Assembly (NCBI RefSeq): GCF_006345805.1
Contig: NC_043009.1
Location: forward strand, 34,472,001 to 34,536,000
Reading direction: 5' to 3'
DNA: 64,000 nt
Source of the DNA: Octopus sinensis
Lineage: Eukaryota
Shown: piece after piece, positions 41,238-54,589 of the stretch
Numbering within the stretch: the stretch's first letter is position 1
Layout of the letters: each line of letters starts with the position of its first letter
Notes under the pieces: generated by a model
What the model saw: only the letters and a program-made list of their open reading frames with translations
Database searches by the model: none
Told to the model about the DNA's origin: nothing
Position numbers and translations under genes: made by a program

Positions 41238-41385
41238 AAACAAACATTTAAAATTTTATCAAAAATTAAAGATTGTAATGAAAAATAAAAAGAAGGATTC
41301 TACTGTTTTTGCAACAATATTTCATGTTGACTCAACGATCATTCATTCATAATAGACTCTGAGAAAGCAAAATGCTTTCAATTCT

Positions 41386-41795
41386 AGGAGTGGCTGTGTG
41401 GTAAGTAGCTTGTTTACCAACCACATGGTTCCGGGTTCAGTCCCACTGCGTGGCACCTTGGGCAAGTGTCTTCTACTATAGCCTCGGGCCGACCAAAGCC
41501 TTGTGAGTGGATTTGGTAGACGGAAACTGAAAGAAGCCTGTCGTATATATGTATATATATATATATGTGTGTGCGTGTATGTTTGCGTGTCTGTGTTTGT
41601 CCCCCTAGCATTACTTGACAACCGATGCTGGTGTGTTTATGTCCCCGACTCTTAGCGGTTCGGCAAAAGAGACCGATAGAATAAGTACTGGGCTTACAAG
41701 GAATAAGTCCCGGGGTCGAGTTGCTCGACTGAAGGCGGCGCTCCAGCATGGCCGCAGTCAAATGACTGAAACAAGTAAAAGAGAAAGAGCAAAGA
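41386..41795 (+). mobile_element. SINE family 1, full length
   Basis: Same structure as 7637. Confidence 0.95.
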
Positions 41796-41903
41796 GTATA
41801 CGGCCCACAAAAAAACTTTCTGTGATTAAATTGGCCCTCAATGTAATTCGAGTTGGCCAGGCCTGATCTAGGATATGAAAGGACAGCACTAGCAGACAGT
41901 TGG

Positions 41904-41985
41904 GGCCAAAGTAAAGATTACGCACAATCGATGTTTAGGGTTAGGGTTTTTGTTACAGGTGGTGTACGTATTCTTTACCTCCGCC
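41904..41985. mobile_element. Mini-MITE (82 bp) containing TTTAGGGTTAGGG
   Basis: 9-bp TSD GACAGTTGG at 41895-41903 and 41986-41994. Confidence 0.85.
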
Positions 41986-42009
41986 GACAGTTGGTACCCG
42001 TTTCAAATA

Positions 42010-42128
42010 AGTAGACTGGAATAAACGCAGTGTCTGCTCAAGCACACAAAGCGTAGCCCAGTGTAGGAATCGAACCAGTGACCTTATAATTGTGAGCCCA
42101 ACGCTAATCACTAGGCTACGCATCTTCA
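42010..42128 (-). mobile_element. SINE family 3-like tRNA head fragment
   Basis: TAGCCTAGTGATT A-box-like and GGTTCGATTCC B-box on the minus strand. Confidence 0.65.
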
Positions 42129-43329
42129 CACAGCTTATACAGATATAAGACAGAATACTTTGTGTTATTTTATCATCATTATTGTTTAAGCACACTCATG
42201 CAATGCTTATGTCACGAGGGTGTGGTGTTACTAATTATCACGTAAGCCATCGAATGAAAGATATGAGATGCTGGTGGCCGAGTTAGGTTCTGGGATCTTT
42301 ACCTTTTGACTGACAGATTTAAAAAATAATATCTTGTAACTAAGCAATTTCGAACTTCGTATACAAGTAGAATGTGTCACATAAAACATCGTTTACTCTT
42401 GGCGTTGTTGAAAACATTCTGTATTTCGGAAGTTATTTCTTGTTAAAATTGTCGTATTTCGGTAATTTCAACCAATCAATGACGTGTATTATTTGTTTAT
42501 TTTTAAAGATTTGTTTTGCTGTTACATTATTTTCAGAAAGGATTCTATGATCAGCTGACCAGTTGCTGTTTTCTGCTAAAATTCCATTCATGTCCAGGAT
42601 GTATTATAATAATATAACTTGACTGGTGACCTTATTTGATCCAGAGGGGCCATGGGAAGAAAAGTTCATATGGCGAGACTTGAACTCGAAACATAAAAGT
42701 CTGTACTTAAATATCACAAACATTTTGTCCAACATTCTCAAACACTGTTAATATTTCCCCTGATTTACACGTTTAAAGAACTAATAAATTTACTTTGTTT
42801 TATCATTGCTATTTTTAATTGTTTCTTTGATTAGTTTTCTCCAGAAAATATGTAATTAACTGACCACTTCCGACATCAACTGGTCATTTGTCTTCAGACT
42901 GAGTCTTCGAAGGCCATTGCAGTCTGTCCAATGATAAAATACATATACAAAGAATGAAGAACAATTATACTGAAGGATGGTTGAAAAAACAAACAAAAAT
43001 AAACCCATAACATTTTTTTTACTTCTGTCTATCCGTCCGTCCGTCTTTATTCTTCCTATAAATGACTTTACTTTCTCTGTAATAAGTTGCTAGTGAAACG
43101 TCTACACTTTGTGTCACTATTTTCCTTGCTAATGCCATGATTACATTGTTATTCTTTAGTGACCTATATTTACACAACATTATTTGAATTGCTAAACACA
43201 GATAGGTTGACTGATCATTTTTATTGCCTTTATTAAAAAAAAATCTTTGAGGAGCAATGACGACAGAAGTCATGACAAATTTTTTAGGATACCTCCCACA
43301 TATCCTCTGCGTGTTGCAAAATGTAACTG

Positions 43330-45283
43330 AAAAGGGAACTATAGCAGTAACAGGGGGCTGAATGTTGTTTGGGTGTGGCATCAATGGGGTCGTTAAAAAC
43401 AGTATATTCGCAAGGACATTGCTGTGGTAGGGCGAATTTAGCTTTAAATAGGCCTTGCCATGTCCTGCACGGGACAGCAACAGCGGAGTACAAGTATCTC
43501 AGTGGATGATCCTTGAGTGATGGAGATCGGCAGATCATGATTAAGTGACGAACATTCTGGTAACCCTAGAGGCAGCCGTCATTCTGCAATGAAGAAGGCA
43601 ATGGAAAACCTCTTCACTATTCCCAAGGACGATAATGAATAGTCGCAATTCAATGCTGGAAGATAACAATGTGAAGGGAGGCTTGTCTGTCTAATGAGGA
43701 CGGCTCCTCGCCCAGTAGGGTCCCGACTGTCAGCAAACAGATGGGTCCCGACTGTCAGCAAACTACTGTTAGCAACAGAAGTACCAGCAGAGTTGAAACC
43801 TGGAATGTGAGAACTTTATATCAAAGTAGCAAGCTTAACATGTTAAGCAAAAAATGATGAGATTAAATATCAACATCTTGGGCAAAAATAAAACAAGATG
43901 GCTGAATAATGGTGACTTCGTCATTGATGATTTCAAGATGATTTATACAAGTGGTAACAAACATCAAAATGGAGTAGGACTACTTTTAGATCCTGTTATG
44001 GCGAAATGTGTCTTGGCAGTAAGTGAAAGAGTCCTGCCGGTCAAACTTAACATCCACTTAACATCTTCATCATAGATGTTTATGCACCCCCAGCAGATAA
44101 CAGAGAAGATATTGATGCCTTCTATGAGACCTTTGAAGAAGCCAAATCTCAGTGCAAATTAATATCATCATGGGAGATTTGAATGTAAAGGTGGGTCATG
44201 GATAGGACGGCAAAGCAGATGGTCTGAAAGGAATTGGCAAGAAAAATGAGTGACGTGAGAGATGGATACGGTGGTGTGAGGCAAAGAATATGATTATTAC
44301 AAAAACATGATTTAAGGAGCATCCTAAAGAATTTGTACATGGAAGGGCCCTGGTGACAGCTCGAGAAACCAGATTGGATATATCCCCATCAATGACAAAT
44401 TTAAAAGATCAGTGAAACATGCAAAAACGTATCAAGGAGAAGATTGTGAGAGTGACCATGTACCAGCAGTATGCATACACCAATGTAAATTAAAGAAGTT
44501 GAAGAGAACAAGTTCCACAAAATACGGGCGGTTGAATAAACCGGAGGTGTAAAGAACGGATATAATCAGTTGATTGATAATGACAAGGAGATTACCTGGG
44601 AAGTAATGAGAAACACTTAAAGAGAAACAGACCAGGAAATCCTGCCATATAAAACGAATAAAATCAAAAACAGATAAATGACTGAGGAGATCTTTTCAAT
44701 GATGAGTAAAAGAAAGAAGATCAGGAACAGGAAATCCAAAGAATATAGGGAACTGGACAGACTGATTAAACAGAAGTAGAAGGAAGCTCGAGACGACGTG
44801 ACTGGATTGACAGTGTGAAGAAACTGAGAGGTAATTTCTGATTTGATACAAAATATATCAGAAGATAAATGAGATCTCTGGCAAAAAGTCAAGATGCTCA
44901 AACTCCGAATGTATCAGAGTAAAGTTTGGTACCACACTGGTTGAGAAGATTGACGTATTGAATAGTTGGACAGAGTGTACAGGAGATTTATTTCACGCTG
45001 AGAGAGCAATTTTGCCTAGTTTTCCTGACTCTAATTAGGGTCCAAACATCCTGACATCTGAAGTGCAGATAGCTATCAAAATGACGAACAAAAAAAAAAG
45101 CCCCCAAAACAAAGTTGCTGGGCTAGACGGAATTGTCATTGAGATAACGAAAGCATTAGAGGAATTTGAAATTAGAAAACTGATAGATGTAATAAACAAC
45201 ATCTATGATGATGGGAAATTTCCAGAAGACCTGAGTTAATTTTATTGCCATCCCGAAGAAATCAGAAGCGGTGGACAGTGAAC
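43330..45283 (+). mobile_element. RTE/BovB-like LINE, degenerate 5' half (APE endonuclease to start of RT)
   Basis: TWNVRTL, LNINILG...TRW, HQNGVGLLL, SDH.P, FIAIPKK; many stops and frameshifts; 5' boundary is a guess. Confidence 0.85.
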
Positions 45284-46236
45284 AGAATCGCAGGGACCAT
45301 ACAAATGACTTATTTTTGTATGATCAACACAAAAGAAATCGACAAAAAAAATAGTCATAAAATATCTTATCCCAATATTCCTTCTGGAATTAGACCTGTT
45401 ACGCACTCAGAGACATTCCCAACTCCAGTTTTCCTTGGGTTTACCTCTTCCGAAGACGAAGCTAGAAAAGAAGAGTACGAAGATGATAACTAAGATCAAA
45501 AAATTACTTCAGAAATCCAAGGTTTCTCTTATGGCACCGAAAAAATCAAATCCTCAACAGTTTAGCCAAACAGAAATGAATGATTTAGTGCGTGATTTGG
45601 GATTCTCCAAGACAACTGAAGTTCTAATATCCAGGCTGCAAGAAAAATATCTACTAGACCAAACTGCAAAGTCTCTTGTTTTTGAAAACGAAACTAGATT
45701 TTTTTGTCATTTTTTTTTCAGAAGAGAAACACTTTGTTCACTGCCACGATATTCCCGGTCTTCTCCAGGAGTTAGGAATATTCTTGTACAGCTCAATTGA
45801 CTGGCAACTATTTCATGATAGTTCTAAGCGCAGCCTAATGTGTGTTCTCCTACACAATGGCAATGTTTATAGAGCTGTCCCAAATGGTCACTCGGTGCGT
45901 TTGCAAGAAGAATATGACATAAAAATGGCTCTTGACCAACTAAAATGTCATCAGCACAACTAGACCATTTGTGTAGACTTGAAAATGGTCATTTTCCTCC
46001 TTGGCCAACAGCAAGGTTTCACAAAGTATCCTTGTTATCTATGCATGTAAGACAGCTGAGTTTGAGAGAAATACTAGATTCAGAAGACGTGGCCCTTTGG
46101 TGAGATTCTGGAAGCAGGCATGCCAAATATTGTGAATGATCCAATTGCCAGCCAAGAAAGAATTATTTTCGTACCATTCCATATAAAGCTGGACTTGATG
46201 AAGCAATTCATTAAGGTATTGAATGCTGATATTTAA

Positions 46237-46483
46237 TACATTATTTACATTTGATGGATATTTGTTCTCATCTTGTTTGTTGTTGTCACAACGTTTCGGT
46301 TGATATACTCTCCAGCTTTCTTCAGGTGTCTTGAGGAAATTTCGAACCTGGGTTCTCATTCCTAAGGTATTTTTCGATGTTGCTGTTGTTGTTGTTGTTG
46401 TTGTTGTTGTTCGGGTCACTGCTTGGAATCGAATTCGAAATCTTGGGGTTAGTAACCCGCGCTCTTAACCACTACGCCATATG
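46237..46483 (-). mobile_element. tRNA-headed SINE-like element carrying a hammerhead motif
   Basis: tRNA-like 72 nt at 46412-46483 (TGGCGTAGTGG A-box, ATTCGATTCC B-box-like), (AAC)n, then CAC CUGAAGA A...GAAA CG UU GUG at 46287-46328. Confidence 0.72.
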
Positions 46484-46614
46484 TAATAATACATGTAATA
46501 ATAATGTATTAACTATCAGCATTCAATACCTTAGTGAATTGCTTCATCAAGTCCAGCTTTATATGGAATGGTACGAAAATAATTTTTTCTTGGCTGGCAA
46601 TTGGATCATTCACA

Positions 46615-46793
46615 ATAATAACAACAACAACAACAACATCGAAAAATACTTTAGGAATGAGTTCGAAATTTCCCCCCAAGGCACCTGAAAAAGGCTGTGG
46701 AGCCAAAACGTATTAACAACAAACAAGATGAGGACAAATATCCGTCGAATGTAAATAATGTACATAATTCCTCATCTCTTAAATATAGAACTG
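46615..46793 (+). mobile_element. Second, headless copy of the tRNA-HHR element
   Basis: (AAC)n ATCGAAAAATAC.TTAGGAATGAG...CACCTGAAAAAGGCT...AATGTAAATAATGTA; HHR degraded. Confidence 0.75.
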
Positions 46794-48009
46794 ATAGTTA
46801 ATTAAATCTCAGAATGAGATTGAAACAGCATTCGCTCGATAATGTAAAGTATAGAAGCCATCTTATCATGGCTAACCACATTGGGGAGAGGGTGTTACTG
46901 TAGCTTTATAGCCCCAAGAGATCTTCGTCTCTAGCTGGCTTTAGACACAATATCTGTGTCCTTGGAGTATTTGCAAAGGGAGGCCATCCCTTCCTCGCAA
47001 GCCTGAGTGATACGCTCGAACTAGTTTCGGGATTGTTGTCCCTCGTCAACGGGCGGTAACCACCAGGTAGTTATTGTTTTCAATATACAGTATCTGCATT
47101 TCTTGGTTTGTTATTTGAGAAACTGAAAGCATGTGTGCTTAGCGGACTCCAGATTCGTACCTTTGTACGTGATGAGGAATTTGTCGCAAAGATGAATGAC
47201 AAGGAAAGAGCAGCATGGCTGTCATTCGTAGCAATCATAAAAAAGATTTTTTTTTGGAAACAGAAAAGCAGATGACAATGAAATTATTGTAAATAATATG
47301 TTGTCAGCTTCCCATTATCTTGGGTGTAACATGAGTGATAAACTCCATTTTCTGCATAAGTCACCTTGATCAATTCCCTGAAAATCTTGGAGATGTAAGT
47401 GAACAAGGTGATCGCTTCCACCAAAACCTCAGAACCACGGAAGATCGTTATCAAGGGCGATGGGATGAAAATATGATGGCAGATTACTGAGAGAGGATCA
47501 AATAAGATTTTCCTGAGAAAGTCTACAAATGCAAGAGCTCCAAGCGCAAATTCTTGCCTATAAAAAGTCTATTTGTGTTTTATTTTCCAGCCTAATCAGT
47601 TTCTCAACTATGTACACCTATCATTTGTATATAACATATTTTCAACTGAAACCAGATGGCAAAAACAGGAAAAAAAATTGGCTCATGATAACATTTATTT
47701 TACTCAGAATCGGAATAAGAAATATTATTTTCATAGCCTAATTTTTATTGTGGTGTACTAACTCATATATATAAATAAAGTTAGAATCTTAATGCATAGA
47801 TATTTGTTCTTTTCCACCTAGTTTGAAGATAGCACAACTAGAAAAGTATCTGATGGATTACATCTTATCTCAGGAAATATTTGAAATTTGAAAAACATAA
47901 AAAACCATAATTGTGAAAAACAAACTTCATATTTGAATTCAGCATGCTCAAATTATGGAATACTAATTGTTGGTATCAATACAACAACAGTTTTGTTGGC
48001 CAGTGTTAT

Positions 48010-50540
48010 TAATTGGTTGAAGTAACCAAAGAGAGAGAACCGATTTTGGGTTCAGTATCATATTTTTTCTAATTAGGTCAGGCCGAACGAAGGATTTTCC
48101 CTCTGTAATAAACCTTGACCCAGGTTTGACTTGAAAAGGTTACAGGTTAACAATTGACTCTCATAAATTTCGTAGAGTAAAATTCAAGAACAATAGGTTG
48201 AGAACTACACGCACACACACACACACACACATCATGGCACACTTTTCGCGTATTCTCTCTAGGGTGTAGAACCTCTGTGTTTTTAGCTTCTCCCTGTTGC
48301 ACCGTGTCAATCTTCTTTTGCAGCAGTGTTGGATTGTCTCGAGTTCTGTTTATTATTTTGACACTTCGTGGTGACCACAGTTGAAGTCCCAATCTAAGAT
48401 GCTGGGATAGTAAAGGCTTTCCATAGGAGTAGCACTGGTATCCTTTTTCCTTGTTCAGAATGATCCCAGGATCCGACCGGCTACTCATCTGTACCGTGTT
48501 GCCATCTTAGAAATATGCATATGGAATGGTGCATCGTTACTCATGTGGATACCCAGATCACACTCCGACTCTGACTCTGGGATTGCACTACCCTCTGGTC
48601 CTGTGTATTTCGACTGCAATCTGTTTGCTGTGTTAAAGTGCTTAAAACTCCTCAGCATTGAACTGCGTGTTATTTTTATCAGCCCACTTGGATACTGTAT
48701 TCCGGTATTTCTCCATTTGTATATCATCAGGGTCTTTGGCTGCTTGCGATACTTTTATATCATCAACAAAACTGGGGAGAGTGAGTGACTGTATGACTCA
48801 AGGCATATTTGACAGAGCCGCTACAAACAGTAGCGATCTCAGTGTTGTTCCCCGAGAGTCTCCAATTAGTATTGTGTTCTCCTCAGAGAGAGCACAACTG
48901 ACTTTAACCATTCAAAGATGTCATGCAGCCCCAAACCTAGTTTTCCGGTGATATGAAAGTCATGCAGTTTGCAACATATCCAATGATCAACTTTGTCGAA
49001 GACCCTGTCAAAGTCGAAATATATCGCATCCTATTTAAGTGGCTGAGCTGTGTGAGGTAGCTCTCCTTGGACGGAAGTCACGTTGCATGTTAGAGACCAA
49101 GCTATTTCTTCTAGGGAAGCAATCAGCTTCTTTCTGACAATGCATTTCATGACTTTGCTAACATGTGAAGTCAGAGAGACGGACCTGTAAATTTTAGTAT
49201 CTTCCCCTTTTCCTCCTTTATGGATAGAGCGTTTTATTTCCCCTTGTAACATGGTAGATATCTGTGGAAAAGTATTTACAGTGGTTTTGCGAGCGCTCTC
49301 TTACATATCTTTAAAAGTACAGCCGGAAATCTATCTAGGTTCCTTGCTGAGTTCGAATTCATCTCATCAATGGCTGATATAACATCCTTTTCCTAATCAA
49401 TGATTACATGTTCTTTGTGTGGATGTGGGACGTTAAAGAACTCATCAGGGCTGCTTATTTGCATACCTCCCCGTGGGGAAGTGAGCCTGTGTGTTTATAT
49501 ATTTAAAATTTCCCTTATCCTCACAAGGTCTGCAATCATTTGGCCATTTTCTTCAAACATGGCTCTATCTTTTGGCGTACTGAAGCAAATTCTTTTGCAA
49601 ATTTGTAAAAGGGTTAATATTTTATATTTTCAACCGATGACTCTTCTTTCCTTTTCTTTTTCATGGGGTGTGGGAGAGTCTGAGTATGTATTAGAATTCT
49701 AAAAGTGGGATTTGAGGTGGAATCTCTCTTTGTCATTGTTATTTACTTAAGTCATATGAAATCTTTATTCTCCGTTTCATAAGGCCTCTCCTATTTTGGG
49801 GAATGTTTTGTTCCCTCTGGAACAAATTTAATGCATTGGTGACTTAAAATATGTGAGTTTCCTGTCAATGTCTTGCATAGAGAGACTTTTGGGCCAATTT
49901 TACTTCAAGATCTGTTTTTCAATTGGTTTCCAGTCAGCCTTGTAGAGATCAGATAAATAGGATTTGAGTGCGATCTGTGTAAAATACGTCTTTAATTGGT
50001 TTTAGACCAAAGATTGTGAAGCTGTCGGTGATACTTTCACACTGTGGATAAGTCTCGCGTTACGGTTGAAGCAGAGCTACAAGTTGTTCTTGGTTTTGGT
50101 TGGGAAAACTATAGGTTGCTTCATAAACATCATTTTCGTGAGATCAAGCAGAATCTCTGCTTGACCGCATTCTTTGCGTGTCATTCGCGAGATTATGTCG
50201 CTTTTAGGCCATCTGAAGTTTGGAGAAGTTGAAGTTACACACCAGATAAATACATTAATGTATTTATCTAGTTTTGTTAGTATTTCTTTTATCATTTTAA
50301 AAGGTTCTTCAAATTTATCATCATGATTTGAGGCATCAGGTGGACGATACAATGTGTATATTACCACACCAAATTGCTTTAAATGCAGTATGAGTGTGTA
50401 ATAGACCGAGTTTGAATGTAACAACGGGGTTAAAGTTGTGACATTTTCATGGAAATATATCGCAACTCCAACATAACTTCATTCTCTTCTGTGTGTACGA
50501 AACACAGCGATTATTGGTTTGTGTATCTCCGCATCATTTC
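48010..50540 (-). mobile_element. CR1-clade LINE, degenerate ORF2 (APE and RT)
   Basis: TLYRPPD, YRSVSLTSHVSKVM, ECDLGI, LQLWSP in broken minus-strand frames. Confidence 0.85.
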
Positions 50541-51844
50541 CGCATAAGCATATCAAAATATCTGTGCATGTACGTGTACAGGTTTGTGTGTATATGCATA
50601 TGTTTGTGTGTGTGTGTGTGTATGTGCGTGCGGGTGCGTATGTGAGCCTGTGTGTTTGTATATGAGTGTGTGCATATGCGGTATGATAACCCCATTATTT
50701 CTTCAAATCATTTCAATCTTACACATTGGGAACAACTTAAAAAAAAAAAACCCTTTACCCTATGACATCTAAGAGTTACGACTTCTTGTAGTTTTGGTTT
50801 AGTGTTACATTTTATAAAAACATAACTTTTATTCTACATACCACACCCCTTCCTTGCAAATCCCCCGTCCTCCACCTGCAAACTTCATACATATGGAATT
50901 TGACATAATTTTTTTTCTTCTGTTGAGTTCAGTAAGTCAAGGTTGAGCAAGTGATCCACTTTAAACACAGATTGTTCTTCACTAGGAATTCATGTCGAGA
51001 GCAATTTACTAGAACGAGCTAACCCAGTGACTCAACACATTCTCTTATCACATTACAGTTGTGTGATGATCATGTTTAGGAAATACACACATGCTTATAT
51101 AAACACACACATATGCGCACACATCATTCTGTTACGTCTGTTTTGCATGCTGGCATGGGCTGGACTGGTTAATACAATCTGAATCAGTTCTTATCCGGAC
51201 TAACTGACCTCTTATCTGGGTTGGGGTTCACGTCTTGCTCGTACAGTCTAATTTTGGCTCGATCTATATGGATGGATACCCTTTCTAACACTAACACTTT
51301 ACAAAGTATATTCAGTGTATGTTATCAGGGCGCCAACACTAGTGAGGTTGCTATGTTCTCAGCAAGACTCAGGAGTCTTCTTGATCTTGCGGTGTCTCTA
51401 TTCGTTCGAGAAATTATGAAGAAAATGAATGAATAGAATTGAGCGATGACAACGGAACTTGAGAAAGTGAGAAGAGTGAGGGCATGTTAGGACAAACAGA
51501 TTGGTTGAGGTGTGAGGATGGTAAATGGTGGTGTGATGGAAGAGGTTCAATTTGGGGGTCGAGTAATAGATGACAGGTAATGATGGTAGCTACATATTTA
51601 GTATGATGGTAAGAGAGGGTAGTAGATTTTGATAACGAATGGGCTGTGGGTGCGGAAATGGTCGCCAGCAGCTTAGAAATGATGATGGCAGGGTATATCA
51701 GTTACAAAAAAGAGCCGATGCTATCCTCCATATCTAGCCATTGTGATGGAAGAGTGAGAGGCGGGGTGAATAGGATGGTGGTAAAAATGCCAACGTTCAT
51801 TTGTGATTGGTGCTATTTCTCACTGTATGGGTAGTATGAGGTAT

Positions 51845-52214
51845 AGAAACGTTAGCATGCCGGGTGAAGTTCAAATTCCGCCGAGGTCAACTTTGCCTTT
51901 CATCCTTTCGGGGTCGATAAATTAAGTACCACTCACGCACTGGGGTCGATTTAATCGACTTAATACCTATGTCTGTCCTTGTTTGTCCCCTCTATGTTTA
52001 GCCCCTTGTGAGTAATAAAGAAATAGGTATTTCGCCTGCTGCAACGTTCAGAGTTCAAATTCCGCCGAGGTCAACTTTGCCTGTCATCCTTTCGGGGTCG
52101 ATTAAAAAAGTACCAGTTATGCACTGGGGTCGATAAAATCGACTTAATCCGTTTGTCTGTCCTTGTTTGTCCCTTCTGTGTTTAGCCCCTTGTGGGTAAT
52201 AAAGAAATAGGTAT
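51845..52214 (+). mobile_element. Two tandem SINE family 2 copies
   Basis: GTTCAAATTCCGCCGAGGTCAAC...AAAGAAATAGGTAT occurs twice; junction at about 52030. Confidence 0.9.
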
Positions 52215-52366
52215 GAATAAGAGAAAGAAAGAGAGTGTGGCGGGAGGGTGAGGGCAAAGAGTAAATGATTGATGGGATTGACTGATAGATAAGAAAGTAT
52301 CATAGAGGGAGTAGGGGCAAGGGATCAAAGAGGATGTATGAAGCCCACGCCGTGTGTGTGTGTGTG

Positions 52367-52399
<33 letters not shown>

Positions 52400-52807
52400 T
52401 GTGTGTGTGTGTGTGTGTGAGTGTAGTTGTGTGCACACACACACAGATGCACACACCTTGCATATAATAAAGCGCAATGTGTGTACTGTCGGTCACGCTA
52501 AAAGGAAGAAAGAATAAAACAACAGGCGTATCAGGTGTGGGTAAGAGTGACAGATGCTAAAACAGGTGACAGCATTTAGAGGCATGTTAATCGAGATAAA
52601 ACTGCAAATTTTTTTATTGTAAATTCCATTTACTTTATCAGTTTCTCCCTCCCTCTCTCACACACACGTATGCACACACACACACACGAATATATATATA
52701 TATATATATAGTTAATCCAAACAAGAAAGCACAAAAAACACAACAACGCGAGGATGTGGAACAAATATAGTATTTTTGGACGCTCAGGAAAGAAGGAAAG
52801 AAGGAGG

Positions 52808-52842
52808 GTTTAACGTTTCGTGCGGAGCTCTGCGTCGGAAAC
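52808..52842 (-). ncRNA. Degenerate minimal hammerhead in a pseudo-LTR (about 52710-52915)
   Basis: GUUU CCGACGC A GAGC UCC GCAC GAAA CG UU AAAC. Confidence 0.5.
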
Positions 52843-52943
52843 ATAGGAGAAGGAAAGATCCAGAGAAGGGAAGACAGAGGGAAAAAATCGCCAACGGTAC
52901 ACACGCGGTCACAATATATATATGAAATTTAATATTGAAACAC

Positions 52944-53470
52944 AGTGGCTGTGTGGTAAGTAGCTTGCTTAGCAACCACATGGTTCTGGGTTCAGTCGCA
53001 CTGCGTGGCACCTTGGGCAAATGTCTGCTACTATAGCCTCGGACCGACCAAAGCCTTGTGAGTGGATTTGGTAGACGGAAACTGAAAGAAGCCCGTCGTA
53101 TGTATGTATGTATGTATGTATGTATGTATGTATGTATGTATGTATGTATGTATGTATGTATGTACGTACGTATGTATGTATGTATGCATACATACTTATA
53201 TTTGATAACGGAGAGGAGAGATTTATTCACATCGTTTACATTTATGTATACGTTACTCTTTTACATGTTTCAGTCATTTGACTGAGGCCATGCTGAAGCA
53301 CCGCCTTTTTGTCGAGCAAATCGACCCCATGACTTATTCTTTGTAGGCCTAGTGCTTATTCTATCGGTCTCTTTGGCCGAACCGCTAAGTTACGGGGGCG
53401 TAAACACACCAGCATCGGTTGTCAAGTGATGGGGGGGGGGCAAATACAGACACGGAAACACACACACACA
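52944..53470. mobile_element. SINE family 1: 5' half on + followed by 3' half on -
   Basis: Head 52944-53100 (+), (TATG)n, then tail 53253-53470 (-). Confidence 0.85.
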
Positions 53471-53479
53471 CATATATTT

Positions 53480-53526
<47 letters not shown>

Positions 53527-54480
53527 GTGATAAATAAAAATATATGCATACATACAAACATGTATGTACGTACCGACATCTACATGTATATATACATGCA
53601 TATATAAATAATTATACGTGAGTACAGGACACCACAATAAGACGTAGAAACGGGAAAATAAAAAAACAAAAAACAAGAAAACGAAAAAACAAAAAACAAG
53701 AAAACGAAAAAAACAGTTACAGGACGTGCTCTTGTGTGTTTGATTTCCTGTATCGTATTCTCTTTTTATTTTCTCGTTTTGTATTTATTTGTATTTTTTG
53801 TACATGTATTTTTAATTTTGCAGTTTTATTGTTACGTCCTGTTTGTGTTCGTGCTCATTTTGCCCCGCTGCTTGGAATTTTATTTTAATTCTCTCGCAGG
53901 AAGACCTAGTGGATTAGTGTTCTGTCTCTGCCTTTGAAACATGCTTGACTCTACTAGCGACAGCTGATGACGGGGTTTTTTTCTTGTGTAGCACGTCCTG
54001 TAACTGTTTTTTTCGTTTTCTTGTTTTGATCCATGCATGTTACTCCCTATAATTTTGCCGGGCGCTTTTCTTTCGTTTATTCCTTTCTTCCTTTCGTTTT
54101 AGTCCTTTCTCCTTGTTTGCCCTTTCTGATACAAGCCTCTATTTCCTTTTCCAAGTTAAGGATAACTGATTTCATCGATCTAAAAAACGTAAACAAACAT
54201 ACGTGCATGCACACAAATTCAATACACTCACATACGCATGCACACACATACATAAGTGTATATAAATATGAATGCGTATGTATGAAATTATATAATATAT
54301 ACATTACCGTGACTGACCAGTCTATCAGATGTTGCTACACATCGCGGGTCACAATGCGCTTCACATTGTTTTAGCCTTCAAATGACGCCACCCCGCTGGC
54401 TAAGCGAGCAGGCGAGAAATATATATATATGTGAGTGTGTACACATACATACATATACGCACACACACATATATATATGA

Positions 54481-54577
<97 letters not shown>

Positions 54578-54589
54578 CATACATTGCTT

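Larger units (their letters stand above)
45283..48005 (+). mobile_element. Chapaev3-type (CMC) DNA transposon, 5'-truncated, with nested insertions
   Basis: YFCM...YPNIPSGIRPV, DSSKRSLMCVLLHNGN, VDLKMV.FLLGQQ.GFTKYPC, HIKL.LMKQF, KLHFLH, EQGDRFHQ; right end ...GGCCAGTG followed by TTA (TWA-type site). Confidence 0.75.

Noticed and set aside
46412-46483. tRNA-Ser-like gene
   Set aside because: Acceptor stem not paired and B-box mutated; it is the head of a retroposon.
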